The notes under the pieces were generated by a model. That model worked only from the letters and a program-made list of their open reading frames with translations, did not search any database and was not told the DNA's origin. 64,000 nucleotides of DNA from Mizuhopecten yessoensis (lineage: Eukaryota): the NCBI RefSeq assembly GCF_002113885.1, contig NW_018408136.1:638447-702446 (forward strand), read 5' to 3'. The position numbers and the translations under genes are program-made. Position 1 is the first letter of the stretch; the number at the start of each line of letters is the position of its first letter. Below, piece after piece: positions 1 to 13,010 of the stretch.

Positions 1-900
1 ACTCCAATATTTGTATAATGTTGTTCCTCACACAGTTTCGGAGATACATAGTTATGATACAAGGAACTCAGACCATACATGTGTCACTCCAATATTGTGC
101 AAAACTGCTTTTTATAAACAATCGTTTATACCCTCTACTATAGATCAATGGAATAAACTACCATCTGATGTTAGATCAAATCCGTCTGTTTCTGCTAAAA
201 AATCATACCTTGATAAACAGTTAAGTAGAAAAGTACCAATCCGCTACACTTTTGGAACCCGTAAGTGTCAACTATACCATGCTCGTCTACGAATGGAATG
301 CAGTTCCTTAAACAGCCATTTATTTAGTAAGAATATTGTTCAATCTCCGCTATGGTTGAAAACACTGGTCAATTTCTTTTAAAATGTACCAGATATGACG
401 ACATAAGAAGACAGTATTTATATTCGTTGCCTTATAATATTACCACAGATATTTTACTGTTTGGGAACGAGACATTGTCACTACAAGCAGATAAGGTTAT
501 CTTCCTAGCTGTCCAAGATTATATATAAAAAACAAACAGGTTTTCCGTATGATTTAATTTTTCATAAACATGTATGTGCCTAAAGCCGAAGTGTACGTAT
601 GTAAGAACAAGTACATATGTAAAACCCTTTAACAACCAAAATCCTTCACCATTAATTATCTCCCTTTCTTTCTCCTTGTTTAAACTATTGTCACTGATTG
701 TTGTATTGTATGTATTTTCATTGATAACAATATGCTGTCCATCCTGAATATATTTGTCAGTTTATAATAAGGGGATAGATTTACACAAGTGTCTAAGACA
801 CCTGTTTCTATTTCCTATTTTGTACCATGTGTTTTGTTACAACATGTTTTATATATATATATTTAATTGAAATACTTGAATAAAAGAAAGCTTAAACTAA
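1..900 (+). mobile_element. 3' end of a CR1/L2-group LINE (decayed)
   Basis: The C-terminal ORF2 motifs SFIPSTIDQWNKLP and ARLRMECSSLNSHL are homologous to the ends of the other CR1-like LINEs in this window. An AT-rich 3'UTR has AATAAA near 880. Confidence 0.8.
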
Positions 901-1447
901 ATAACAGATTTATTTTCACATATGCCAAAAAATAAAAGTGATCCTTAGCAAAATGTAAGTAGTATATATAAACGTTGGCTGCGAGGCATATTTCACCATA
1001 TTGGGGATTATTACAGAAAAGAATGGAAACAAATTAAATTATTGTATATTTTATTATGCCAGTAGTCTTATCAAAACCAATTGTATTTTGTGAATTATTT
1101 TATGTAAATTGAAGTGAATGAAAACGGCAGCTTGTTTTGGTTTAAATCATATTTTTAATTCAGACGGTAGACATTAACATAGCAGCATATGTTAAGAAGT
1201 AATACAAGATTTGTTTAATAACCCAGTAAAAATATCGGTGTTTACAATCCGTAAGCTGTCTATTTATACAATCTATTAAATACTCTATGTGTACATGACT
1301 ACTGAATCCATTGGTATACTATTCCGTGTGTATTAGAACCATCACAGCGGAAAACTTGTTCAATCTAATACAAATCTAATAACAATGTTATCGGGGAGCA
1401 ACACAACCCCATTTGTGAAGTTATCCATACAGAAATAATTCGTAAAT

Positions 1448-1640
1448 TGGTTGGTTAGGGGTTTTACGTCTTCATTTCACTGACGGTAGTCTGTGTTTCG
1501 GCCGACACGAGGGGTAAGTCGCCGCTTACCATACCCGCTTAAGATTCAAAGTGTCCTAGGCCCGTCCAGGACACGCGCCAAGGTCGGACTGCTCCTCAGA
1601 TGCGGTTAGGATGTCACAGCGGCTATCGTCAACGAGATAC
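1448..1640 (-). mobile_element. Possible SINE/LINE 3' fragment
   Basis: A (TTGG)n tail followed by TTTTACGTC and a GC-rich body resembles the minus-strand SINE tails elsewhere in the window. Confidence 0.3.
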
Positions 1641-2609
1641 CAGATATAAGAATATTTATTTTACGTCGAATTTGCACAACATACAACAGCTTGTATTTCG
1701 ACAAAACCATGAGTATAATAACAGAGACAAAAACATTACAACATGAAAAATAAAATAAAAAAATAAACATGTACTAATAGGCACATTGCACACGGTAAAC
1801 ACATCAGCACATGGTAATGTAAGCACAATAGCACATTAAGCACATTTGCATACAGCACGTAAAACAAAACCATCACATGGCAAGCTTATTAGCACATAGT
1901 AGGCACATTTGCACACTTGTAAGCACGTGTGAAGCACACGAGTACATATAGCACATGTCTGAGCACACCAGCATACAGTAAGTATACAGCACAAACAAAT
2001 GCAAACCACTGGCAGCATATCACATACCGTTAGAATAAAACAAATGGATGAGGACTTTGGCCTCTCTCTCAAGGACCTGTTTTGAGACAGATCCATGTCC
2101 TTGGCGTGGTCCCCGTTGTCCTCCTATGAAAATGTACAAAAGTTCCTAAGGTCAGAGGTCAATATTACCTGATTCGCATTGTAGAATATAAGACTGCACG
2201 GTAGAAAAAGTAACATATGCGTTTTTACAACCAAACTTCATTTTTAAAAGTGTACAAACATTTTGTCGATCCCAATATCTTGACTTCGGTTCACTTTAGA
2301 CACCCACTTCGTGTGTGTATTGTGTAATTTGCACAGTCAGAGTCAACTTGACTGGTAATTTAAGAAGGCCTCATATATGTAATGACACCGTGAATAATAC
2401 CACCAATCTGTAGATAGGCCATTGTTATAGAACAATGTTAACATGACGCGCTATTCTGTGCTACCTAATGTAAGAAACTACAGGTACACCGAGTATGTTT
2501 TAATCGTCAGCCTAGATTGTGCGAGATGAAGGAATCTCAGAAAAATAACATGATAAGCTGACCAGTGCAGGCTGCATACTGAAACTAAAGGTTGGTGCTG
2601 ATATTGGTA

Positions 2610-3250
2610 CTTAACTCTGTTTTGGTTGTTACCACAGAAGGGTGTTGATCTACTTGTGAATATTACTGTTTTAGTTGGTTACACAGAAAGAGGGTAACCT
2701 AACTGTGACATTACTGTTTTGGTTGTTAACACAAAAGGGGGGTTACCTACCTGTTACATTACTGTTTTGGTTGGTGACACAAAGGGGGGTTACCTACCTG
2801 TGATATGACTGTTTTGGTTGTTACCACAGAAGGGGGTTGATCTACTTGTGATATTACTGTTTTGGTTGGTAATACCGAAAAGCGTTACCTACCTGTGATA
2901 TTACTGTTTTGGTTGTTAACACAGAAGGAGGTTGATCTCCTTGTGACATTACTGTTTAGGTTGTTAACACAGAAGGGGGTTACCTACCTGTGACATTACT
3001 GTTAAGGTTGTTAACACAGAAGGAGGTTGATCTCCTTGTGACATTACTGTTTAGGTTGTTAACACAGAAGGAGGTTGATCTACCTGTGCCATTACTGTTT
3101 AGGTTGTTAACACAGAAGGAGGTTGATCTACCTGTGATGTTACTGTTCTGGTTGTTAACACACAAAAGGGGTTACCTACCTGTGCCATTACTGTTTAGGT
3201 TGTTAACACAGAAGGAGGTTGACTCACTTGTGACGTTACTGTTTTGGTAA
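2610..3250. repeat. 48-bp minisatellite (about 13 copies)
   Basis: The unit is TACCTGTGACATTACTGTTTAGGTTGTTAACACAGAAGGAGGTTGATC. It produces a 16-aa period in the spurious ORFs here. Confidence 0.95.
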
Positions 3251-3355
3251 GTAATACGGATGTTAGTGGACGTTCCTGAGTATAAACAGTCGTGTATACT
3301 TTGAAGTCACCCTACTTCGAATAATGGTACCAGTATTGTTATCTTCATTTTCGAA

Positions 3356-3442
3356 ATGCCAACGTCGTTTACCACGATGCATTATGATTCTATAAATTCC
3401 AATAGAAAATTTGTTTATGAAAACAAATTGGCACAAATCCGA
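3356..3442 (+). CDS. Candidate first coding exon of paralog 1 (MPTSFTTMHYDS...LAQIR)
   Basis: An ATG-started run of 29 codons ends at a phase-0 GTGAGT donor, compatible with the phase-0 acceptor at 3981-3982. It has no clear similarity to the first exons of paralogs 3 and 4. Confidence 0.3.
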
Positions 3443-3982
3443 GTGAGTTCATCGTTCCTTGATCGGCTTGCAGAATGTCATACTGTTCTTATTTTTTCCT
3501 TGTATAATGCATTTTAATCCAAAATGAAAGGCATGTAATTGTATGTAATATTCATTTCCCCCTGGCACACAGCCTCTGACATCAGTGAACCTTCCAGGTC
3601 CAGGGTTGAAATGGCCGCATACACAGGTAGAACTTACCTGTATTGCAGGATTTTGTTACACCTTAGTGACCCCAACTCAGCAATTTCTATCCAGTGAACC
3701 CAGGTAGCCTCTACAGTAAAGGTGTATTCCCTGATCACTGTATAGGATACTGAGCACTCTATATTACTGGGTAGCTGGTTAACTTCTTTCTTACCAATAC
3801 TCTTGTTATTAAAATGTAGGGATTCTTTTTGAATGATTATCGCTTAAAAAAGTGCTTTACGAGTTTTGACGGCATGAATATTGCTTAGGCATCTTAACGA
3901 ATACAGGACAAAATAAGTATATTAAAATGTGACAATTCCTTTCCATAGAGATCACCATCTTAATACTACTGTTTCCCTGTAG

Positions 3983-6900
3983 ATGAAGTTCTCGGTGACA
4001 TTGGAGGGTCAAAAAGAGTCAAAATTAGACGGCCATATGAATTCGAAGTCAGAGGGCAACGCAGAGTCTAAACAAGGGACCCGGACAGTGTCAAAGCAAG
4101 AGGGCAGACTTAAGTCAAAGCAAGAGGGCAGACTTAAGTCAAAGTCAGAGGGCAGACTTAAGTCAAAGCAAGAGGGCAGAATTAAGTCAAAGTCAGAGGG
4201 CAGACTTAGGTCAAAGTCAGAGGGCAGACTTAAGTCAAAGTCAGAGGGCAGACTTAAGTCAAAACAAGAAACCAACACAGAGTCAAAGCCAGAGGGCAAC
4301 ACAGAGTCAAAAACAGGGAACAAAAAAGAGTTAGCATCACAGGGTCGAATTAAGTCAAAGCCATTGGGCAACGGAGGGTCAAAACAAGAGACTCAAACAG
4401 AGTCAAAGCCAGAGGGCCAAAAACAGTCAATACCAGAGGACCAAATACAGTCAACACCAGAGGGCCAAATACAGTCAACACCAGAGGGCCAAATACAGTC
4501 AGCACCAGAGGGCCCATTACAGTCAACACCAGAAGGCCAAATACATTCATCACCAGAGGGCCAAATACAGTCAAAACCAGTAGGCAAAATACAGTCAAAA
4601 CCAGAGGGCCAAATACATTCATCACCAGAGGGCCAAATACAGTTAACACCAGAAGGCAAAATACATTCATCACCAGAGGGCCAAATACAGTCAAAATCAG
4701 TAGGCAAAATACAGTCAAAACCAGAGGGCCAAATACAGTCAAAACCAGTAGGCAAAATACAGTCAAAACCAGAGGGCCAAATTCATTCATCACCAGAGGT
4801 CCAAATACAGTCAAAACCAGTAGGCAAAATACAGTCAAAACCAGTAGGCAAAATACTGTCAAAAGCAGAGGGCCAAATACAGTCAAAACCAGAGGGCAAA
4901 ATACAGTCAATACCAGAGAACCAAATACAGTCAATACCAGAGGACCAAATACAGTCAACACCAGAGGGCCAATTACAGTCAACACCAGAGAGTCAAATAC
5001 AGTCAACACCAGAGGGCCAAATACATTCAACACCAGAGGGCCAATTACAGTCAACACCAGAAGGCCAAATTCATTCATCACCAGAGGGCCAAATACAATC
5101 AAAACCAGTAGGCAAAATACAGTCAAAACCAGAGGGCCAAATACATTCATCACCAGAGGGCCAAATACAGTCAACACCAGAAGGCCAAATACATTTATCA
5201 CGAGAGGGCCAAATACAGTCAAAACCAGTAGGCAAAATACAGTCAAAAGCAGAGGGTAAGACAGAATCTGCGTGTTTGAAAATAGACCTCACATCTGCAC
5301 CTGATTTATTGACGGACACAAGTAGTTTTCTTATACAGGTAGCCCGTAACGACACCCATGTTATATTTCAAATATTCATAAATAGAGTGCACGAAGGCCA
5401 GCATATCCATTACAAGTGTCCATACTTGCCTGCTCGTCCATCACGCATAACAGTAGTGGTTTATGTACTAGAAAACAACAAACATTCGTACACGGTCAGG
5501 GGAGGAGGCAAAGCTGCTGTAGCCGCTACCACAGGTAAATGTTATGACAGATATGTTATAAAGGGGCAATATTTAAAGTGGTTTTACAACTACAGTGAAA
5601 CATTTTTAAGTGTTAAGATTCGTATAGGAACAATGTCTAAATATTATGATAGTTATACAGTAATATTTTCATTATAATGATTATTTGAGAACGAATGTTT
5701 CTGTGTTATAATAATTATAGGCTCTATAACTCAATGAGTTACTATACTCAATGTTTAAGTGGTATAGTTGTAAATATAGGGTCAATATTCCAGTGGTATA
5801 CCAGTTATTAGATCAATGTTTAGTTTTAGTGTTTTGACAGTTATATGGTTAATGCTTTAATGGATTGACAGTTATACGACCAATGTTTAAGTGTTATGAC
5901 AGTTACAATGTGTAGGGTCAATATTCCAGTGCTATAACAGTTACACTGTGTAGGGTCAATATTCCAGTGTTATGACAGTTACAATGTGTATAGGGTCAAT
6001 ATTCCAGTGCTATGACAGTTAATAGTTCAATGTTTAAGTGGTATAGTTGTAAACAAAGGGTCGATATGTTAGTTATATTACAGTTATATGGTTAATAGTG
6101 TATGCAAAAGTGTATGCCTTATTATACAATTATGGACTTTTGTGCTGGTGAATATGATGTGATATGAACCTGAAAAAGCGATATTAACCGAGGCAAAGCC
6201 CATAACTGTTTTATAATATGCTTCAACGATAAAAAATGTATAGTTAACCTTTATCGGCACAAGCCTTCGTGTAAAATTTAGCCAGGGTTGAATCAATCAG
6301 TTCGGCATCGTAGCAATCGAAGACATCGTCAAGGTTCTTTTCCTGAAGCTAAGCATGGAGGACACACACCGCGTGTTCGGTGGCCTTTTGTTTTTAAAAA
6401 AACATCTTTATCTGCAAGTAGTTTTAGGGAAATTTGTGATGTAACGGAGACGAAGCAGCGGCCTTACTCTGTTGTCGTCTGACATATCGCGTTCCGTTCT
6501 AACTGCGCATGCGGTACGACAAGTTCCGGGAAATTTCCATATAGGCTATATTTTGAAATCAATATTCACCGGATAACAAGTCTACATGAGTTTTTGAGGA
6601 CTGGTCACGTGTATAGAATCCAGCCAATGTGATTGCGAGAAATTGTCAAGCACATACTTATATACAATTATGGACTTCTGTGCTGGTGAATATGATGTGA
6701 TATGAACCTGAAAAAGTGATATTGACCGAGGCGTTCAGGTTCATATCCCATCATATTTACCAGCACAAAAGCCCATAACTGTTTTATTATATGCCCCAAC
6801 AATAATATTTTGTATAGTTAACATTTACTTTAACGAGCCTCCGTGTAAAATTTAGCCAGGGTTGAATCCAACAGTTCGGTTTCGGAGACAAGGTGAAGAT

Positions 6901-9900
6901 TCTTTTCCTTAAGGTAAGCATGGAGGACACGCACTGCTTTCGGTGTCCTTAAACATAAATTGTAAAAATCGTGATATTTGAACCATATGTTATCCAGAAT
7001 TTGAAATGATAGAACTATCGATAACATCACCTGACATTACAGTCTAGTTCCGTGTTATATGTACTGACATAGCGATATATTTCTTACATTTTTAGGTACC
7101 GAACTTTCCTTGAAACTTACGCTAAATCAGTGTGATCCGTACCTGGATCTGCACATCAAGGACGCGGCAGAGGTAAGTCGATGCATTCGAATAAATAAGA
7201 TTGTAATATGATATCGTATTATGTATTTTACTGTGATGCATTTTCTTTCAGTTTTATGGCGTTTGTTGTACGTTAATCTGAATTGAACTTTCCAATACCT
7301 GTATATAAATTACTTCCTGTATTCATTGCTACTGATAATACTGATATATATTTGAGCCAATCTCTGTTTAGCCTGATGTATGTCTGAGTCCTTATTGGAG
7401 GTTAATGGTTCTGTAATACATATCAATCATTTGATTTTGACAAAGTAACATGAAATCTAAAACATGACAAGAGGGAACTTGTCGTTGACGTGGTTATAGG
7501 AAATCTGACGTTGACGTGGTAAAAGGGAATCAGATATTGACGTGGTTACAGGAAATCTGTACCAAAGAATCTGACATTGATGTGGTTACAAGGAATCTGA
7601 CGTTGACGTGGTAACATGGAATCTGATGCTGTGTGGTAACAGGGAAGCTGATGTTGACGTGGTTACAGGGAATGTGACGTTGACGTGGTAACAGGGAATC
7701 TGACGTTGACGTGGTAACAGGGAATCTGACGTTGACGTGGTAACAGGGAATCTGTAGCAGAGAATCTGACGTTGACGTGGTAACAGGGAATCTGACATTG
7801 ACGTGATAACTTGGAATCTAACGTTGACGTGGTAACAGAGAATCTGACACTGACATGGTAACAGGGAATCTGACATTGACGTGAAAACAGAAAATCTGAC
7901 GTTGAAATGATAACAGGGAATCTGTAGCAAAGAATCTGACGTTGACGTGGTCACAGGGAATCTGATATGTTGACGTAGTAACAGGGAATATGATATGACG
8001 TGGTAACAGAGAATCTGACATTGACATGGTTACAGGGAATCTGACATTGACGTGGTTACAGGGAATCTGATGTTGACGTGGTACATGTAACAGGGAATTT
8101 GTAACAGAGAATCTGCTGCTGACGTGGTAACAGGAAATCTTACATTGACGTGGTAAGAGGGAATCTGACGTTGACTTGGTAACAGGGAATCTGACGTTGA
8201 TGTGGTTACAGGGAATCTGACATTGACGTTGCAACAGGGAATTTGACGTTGACGTGGTAACAAGGAATCTGTAATGGAGAATATGACATTAACGTGTTAC
8301 AGGGAATCTGACGTTGACGTGGTAAATTTGAATCTGATATGTTGACATGATAAAAGGGAATCTGATGTTGACGTGGTAACAGAAAATCTGACGTTGACGT
8401 GGGTAACCAGGAATCTGACGTGGTTACATATAATCTGACACGGCTTCAGCGACTCTGACATTGACGTGGTTACAGGGAATCTGACGTTAACGTGATAACA
8501 GGGAGTCTGACGTTGACATGGTAACAGGGAATCTAACGTTGACGTTGTTACAGGGTACCTGACATCAACGTGGTAGCATGGAATCTGACGTTGACGTAGT
8601 AACAGGGAGTCTGTAACAGAGAATCATACGTTGACGTGTTAATAGAGAATCTGGCATTGACGTGGTAACAGGGAATCTGACGTTGACGTGGTAACAGGGA
8701 ATCTGACGTTGACGTGGTAACAGGGAATCTGACGTTGACGTAGTAACAGAGAGTCTGACGTTGACGTAGTTACAGGGAGTCTGACGTTGACGTGATAATA
8801 GGGAATCTGTAACAGAGAATCTGACGTTGACGTTGTGACATAGAATTTGTAACAGAGAATATGACGTTGACTTGGTACAGGGAATTTGTAACAGATAATC
8901 TGACGTTGACGTGATAACAGGGAATCTTACATTGACGTGGTAACAGGGAATCTGTAACAGAATCTGACGTTGGCGTGGTAACATGGAATCGGTAACAGAG
9001 ACTCAGACATTGACGTGGTTTCAAGTAATCTAACGTTTACGTGTTAACAGGAAGTCTGTAACAGAGAATCTGACGTTGACGTGGTAACAGGGAATCTGAC
9101 GTTGACGTGGCTACAAGGAATCTTACGTTGAAGTGGTGACAGGGAATCTGACGTTGACGTGATTACAGGGAATCTAACGTTGACATAGTAACAGGGAATC
9201 TGTAACAAAGAATCTGACGTTGACAACAGGGGATCTGTGATTGACATGGTCAAAGAAATCTGACGACGTTATTACGTTTACATAGTAACAGGAAATATAA
9301 CGTTGTTATGATAACAGGGAGTTTGATACAATAGGGAAACTATTGTTGACATGGTAACAGGGAAAGTGACGTTGACGTGGCCATAGGAAATCTAACGTTT
9401 AAGTGGTAATTTGGACTAGGGCAACTGAGTTGACGTTGAGAATCTTACGTTGACATGAAATGATAATAAATTCATCTTTGGCTCACTTAACACATCTTTG
9501 TTTTCTTTTCAGATTTCATATTGTTTTGATGTCGAATGTATAGGACCAGAAAAGTACATGATGTCAAATTTAGAGCACCTTAACCCTAAGAACGACGCCT
9601 TCATCATCATCATTCACCAGAGTTATCCGTCCTTGACTTACGTCATTCTGTACACCAGCACGTCAAACTTAACCTTCCCATTCAGTATTCTGCCAGCTAC
9701 AGTGTACAGCGTGGTCGTGTTCAACGTGAAAATCATCCCAGTTGATGCATTTCTAGGATATTCACATTCAAAGATGTACCAGTTCCGTTCGTGTAAGTTA
9801 ATATTGTTTATTGTGATATATTTTCGTAATATTTAATTCAGCTTTTTGTTCACAGCCAATTAGAAAAAAAAAGAAAAAGTGGAATTATAACATCGATTTT

Positions 9901-12335
9901 TAAAACAAGCAATTTGGTACTTTTTCTCCGATGAAACGATATTGGTATATTATATTGGTTATTGGTATCTTATATTTTAATAGTATTATCTAATACATTA
10001 CTTGTTCTCGTTTATTGTGAGATTGTTATACTGTATTGTGATAGTGTTCTCGTTTATTGTGATAGTGTTCTCGTTTATTGTGATAGTGTTCTCGTTTATT
10101 GTGATAGTGTTATACTGTATTGTGATAGGGTTATACTGTATTGTGATATTGTTATACTGTATCTTGATATTGTTATTGTGTATTGTGATATAGTTATCGT
10201 GTATTGTGATATTGTTATCGTGTATTTTGATATTGTTATCGTGTATTGTGATTTTGTTCTCGTTTATTGTGATAGTGTTCTCGTTTGTTATCGTGTATTG
10301 TGCTATTGTTATACAAATGTACTGTATCGTGATAGAGTTATACTGAATTATGTTATTGTTATACTGTATTGTGTTATTGTTATACTGTATTGTGTTATTG
10401 TTATACTGTATTGTGTTATTGTCATACTGTATTATGATATTGTTATACTGTATTGTGATATTGTTATACTGTATTGTGATATTGTTATACTGTATTATGA
10501 TATTGTTATACTGTATTGTGTTATTGTCATACTGTATTATGATATTGTTATACTGTATTGTGATATTGTTATACTGTATTGTGTTATTGTTATACTGTAT
10601 TATGATATTGTTATACTGTATTGTGTTATTGTTATACTTTATTGTGATATTGTTATACTGTATTGTGATATTGTTATACTGTATTGTGCTATTGTTTTAC
10701 TGTATTGTGATGTTGTTATACTGTATTGTGTTATTGTTATACTGTATTGTGATATTGTTATACTGTATTGTGTTATTGTTATACTGTATTGTGTTATTGT
10801 TATACTGTATTATGTTATTGTTATACTGTATTGTGATATTGTTATACTGTATTGTGATATTGTTATACTGTATTGTGCTATTGTTATAAAAAAATGTACT
10901 GTATTGTGATAGTGTTATACTTTATTGTGATATTGCTATATTGTATTGTGTTATTGTTATACTGTATTGTGATATTGCTTTATTGTATTGTGATAGTGTT
11001 ATACTGTATTGTGATAGTGTTATACTGTATTGTGTTATTGTTATACTGTATTGTGATATTGCTTTATTGTATTGTGATATTGCTTTATTGTATTGTGTTA
11101 TTGTTATACTGTATTGTGATATTGCTTTATTGTATTGTGATATTGCTTTATTGTATTGTGATGTTGCTATATTGTATTGTGATAGTGTTTTACTGTATTT
11201 TAAAACCAACCACAATGTCGCCCATGTAGCGCATTTGGAAAAAAATGTTTTGGTGAATCTTTAGAAAATTGTGACAAGCGTTGACCGATGAATGGGACCT
11301 CTCAACTTATTGTTGGTCGGTAAACAAGTTCAGTGCAACTTCGATGCAAGGTTGGGTTCTGTGTTAAACGGTGGTCATACGCGGTATTAAACATGAAAGT
11401 TCGGAAACTCGACTAACCATACGTTAATGTCTGATGAAAATAATTCAGCACAGGATTTTTCTTGTTTTTGACAAATATTTAAACCAAACACTTCAGTTGA
11501 TAAATTGATACCAGGTTGAATACCGTTGCAAAAATATACAATAAAACCCCGGTTATCTAAGGTTAAAGCAGAGTTGACGTTCATCTGTTACCAAGCCTTT
11601 CTGTTTTCTGATTTATTTCCAGGCATGACTCAAAACGAAATAATGGAGCTGTATTTCAAAGCAGTTAGATACCTTTCAAGACGACCTCGTGCTTTTGATG
11701 TAATTCCCCATTTTTACCGTAATAAGTCTCCTGAATACTTTCATGACATAATGTGGAACCGCATGGGTGTGATGCACAAATACGACAAGAACTGGGGCGG
11801 CGATCAGGCGTCGACACTTAACCAGAATATCAAGGGTCTTTTCTTCAGTTCTCAGATCGACCCAAACACGGGGCGGCTTCCAGACTTCTCCTACTACGGC
11901 CCGGTCAGGTTACATGTCCCGTCAAAGGCTTTCCTTCACCAGAACATGAACATGTACTTCGCTGACTTTTACTGTCATTACGTTAACCACAAGGTTCAGT
12001 TTGTATTGACGGTCAAAGGAAGTGCCACAGACCAGTTCTGCAGTGAACGTTTGTTGTTGGTCGACCAGGAACACAATCCGTTCCTTGTTCGTGTTGGTAG
12101 CGGTCACCAAAGTTTCATAAAGGTGACAAAGAACATCACCGTGGAGTTGTTCTACACAGAAGACGTGCCTATAAAAACTCTCATGCTATTGTTCCCGGGG
12201 CAGGTATTTTTTCTGCAGACAATACAAAAGGGAAAAGCCAAATCTATGGTCATTGGTATCCCTAAAAACAAGGACTGTAAGGTTTGTAATTTGGACTGTT
12301 TTCTCCGAGCCAGACAAGCAGTACACGGACGCTAA
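3983..12335 (+). CDS. PHYHIPL: PHYHIP/PHYHIPL-like protein, paralog 1; join(3983..5534,7096..7172,9513..9792,11623..12335), 873 aa; possible extra 5' coding exon 3356..3442
   Basis: All introns are GT-AG with compatible phases (1,0,1) and there are no stops. The last exon has FYRNK..GLFFS..YG..MYFADFYC..FC..NPFL..VELFYT..CKVCNL, which matches the PHYHIP C-terminal domain. Exon 9513-9792 has the FN3 motif ILPATVYSVVV. The symbol denotes the family, not proven orthology. Confidence 0.85.
4093..5260 (+). repeat. Coding 24-bp tandem repeat (8-aa units KSKxEGRL, then QSxPEGQI) in paralog 1
   Basis: CAGTCAAAACCAGAGGGCCAAATA-like units, roughly 45-50 copies, with the frame preserved throughout. Confidence 0.95.
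5720..6100. repeat. Degenerate intronic tandem repeat
   Basis: GACAGTTA...GGGTCAATATTCCAGTG and CAATGTTTAAGTG units recur. Confidence 0.7.
6118..6960 (-). mobile_element. Crypton-like (tyrosine-recombinase-derived) non-autonomous element, head-to-tail partial dimer
   Basis: 6118-6390 is repeated at 6656-6950, and 6665-6780 forms a long hairpin around CCGAGGC. The minus-strand peptide AVRVLHAYLKEK...LDSTLAKFYTEAR resembles the N-terminal part of Crypton/DUF3504-type proteins. Confidence 0.55.
7480..9460. repeat. 26-bp intronic minisatellite in paralog 1
   Basis: The unit is CTGACGTTGACGTGGTAACAGGGAAT, with occasional partial units. Confidence 0.95.
9990..11200. repeat. 21-bp intronic minisatellite in paralog 1
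   Basis: The unit is TATTGTGATATTGTTATACTG. Confidence 0.95.
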
Positions 12336-12867
12336 AACGTAACAGCACTGTTAAAATATACTGCCATAAAGGTGTATCTGTATCAACACAAACTGTGATA
12401 GTTGTATTGGATTAGTACATCACTACGACATACAAAACACATTATTTGTATCAGTGTACAGTTGCTAGGGGCAAATGGCGAATATAAGTGTATATCTGCC
12501 AAATATTCGACGTATATACGTATGAATTAAAACACATCATTATTGCCTTTTAATTGAAATTTTAATAACTGTATTACAAAGCAAAGAAAGAAATAGAAAC
12601 AACTATCTAAAATATGTAACTCGATCTAAAAAGCAAAAAATTATTACAAAAGTAAATCAAAATTTAACTGCTGTGCTAAAGTAAGTTGCATGTAAACTTG
12701 CAGTGTAGTTTCATAATTACTTTGAATTGTTTCGGTGTTCTTCATTAAACATTAAACATATGGTATTAAGGCAGAGTTTATCAGGACTGGTAACACAAAG
12801 CTGGACAAGTCATTAATTTCACTTTCAGCTATATTGACGATGTGCTGTCCTTTATACCAATCCTATT

Positions 12868-13010
12868 AGACTCTTTCATGTCCGGGATAGTAGGATAGGG
12901 AAAATCCATCCGAGGGGTTTTCAAATTTGGTAAAACCCGAGGCTTTGCCGAGGATGGAATTTCCCTATCCTACACCTTTGAGCATGAAAGAGTATTTTTC
13001 TCTCATTCCA
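12868..13010. mobile_element. Hairpin element with CCGAGGC-ttt-GCCGAG core (Crypton-like terminus)
   Basis: CTCTTTCATG...GTAGGATAGGGAAAATCCATCC pairs with GGATGGAATTTCCCTATCCTAC...CATGAAAGAG. Confidence 0.5.

Noticed and set aside
1836-2096. Cys-rich minus-strand ORF
   Set aside because: It derives from degenerate AGCACA-type low-complexity repeats.
4009-5355. Minus-strand ORFs (hydrophobic or Cys-Trp repeats)
   Set aside because: They are antisense shadows of the 24-bp coding repeat. Only the + frame links to splice sites and to paralog-homologous sequence.
7586-9253. Minus-strand ORFs in the 26-bp array
   Set aside because: They are repeat-derived, with frame switching between units.
9962-11264. 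Long Cys/Tyr/Ile/Val-rich ORFs
   Set aside because: They are translations of the 21-bp intronic minisatellite and are open in several frames.
11526-11622. ORF-track N-termini of the PHYHIP-like last exons (also 33603-33669 and 43256-43384)
   Set aside because: These are intronic read-through upstream of clear acceptors, and homology begins at the splice sites.
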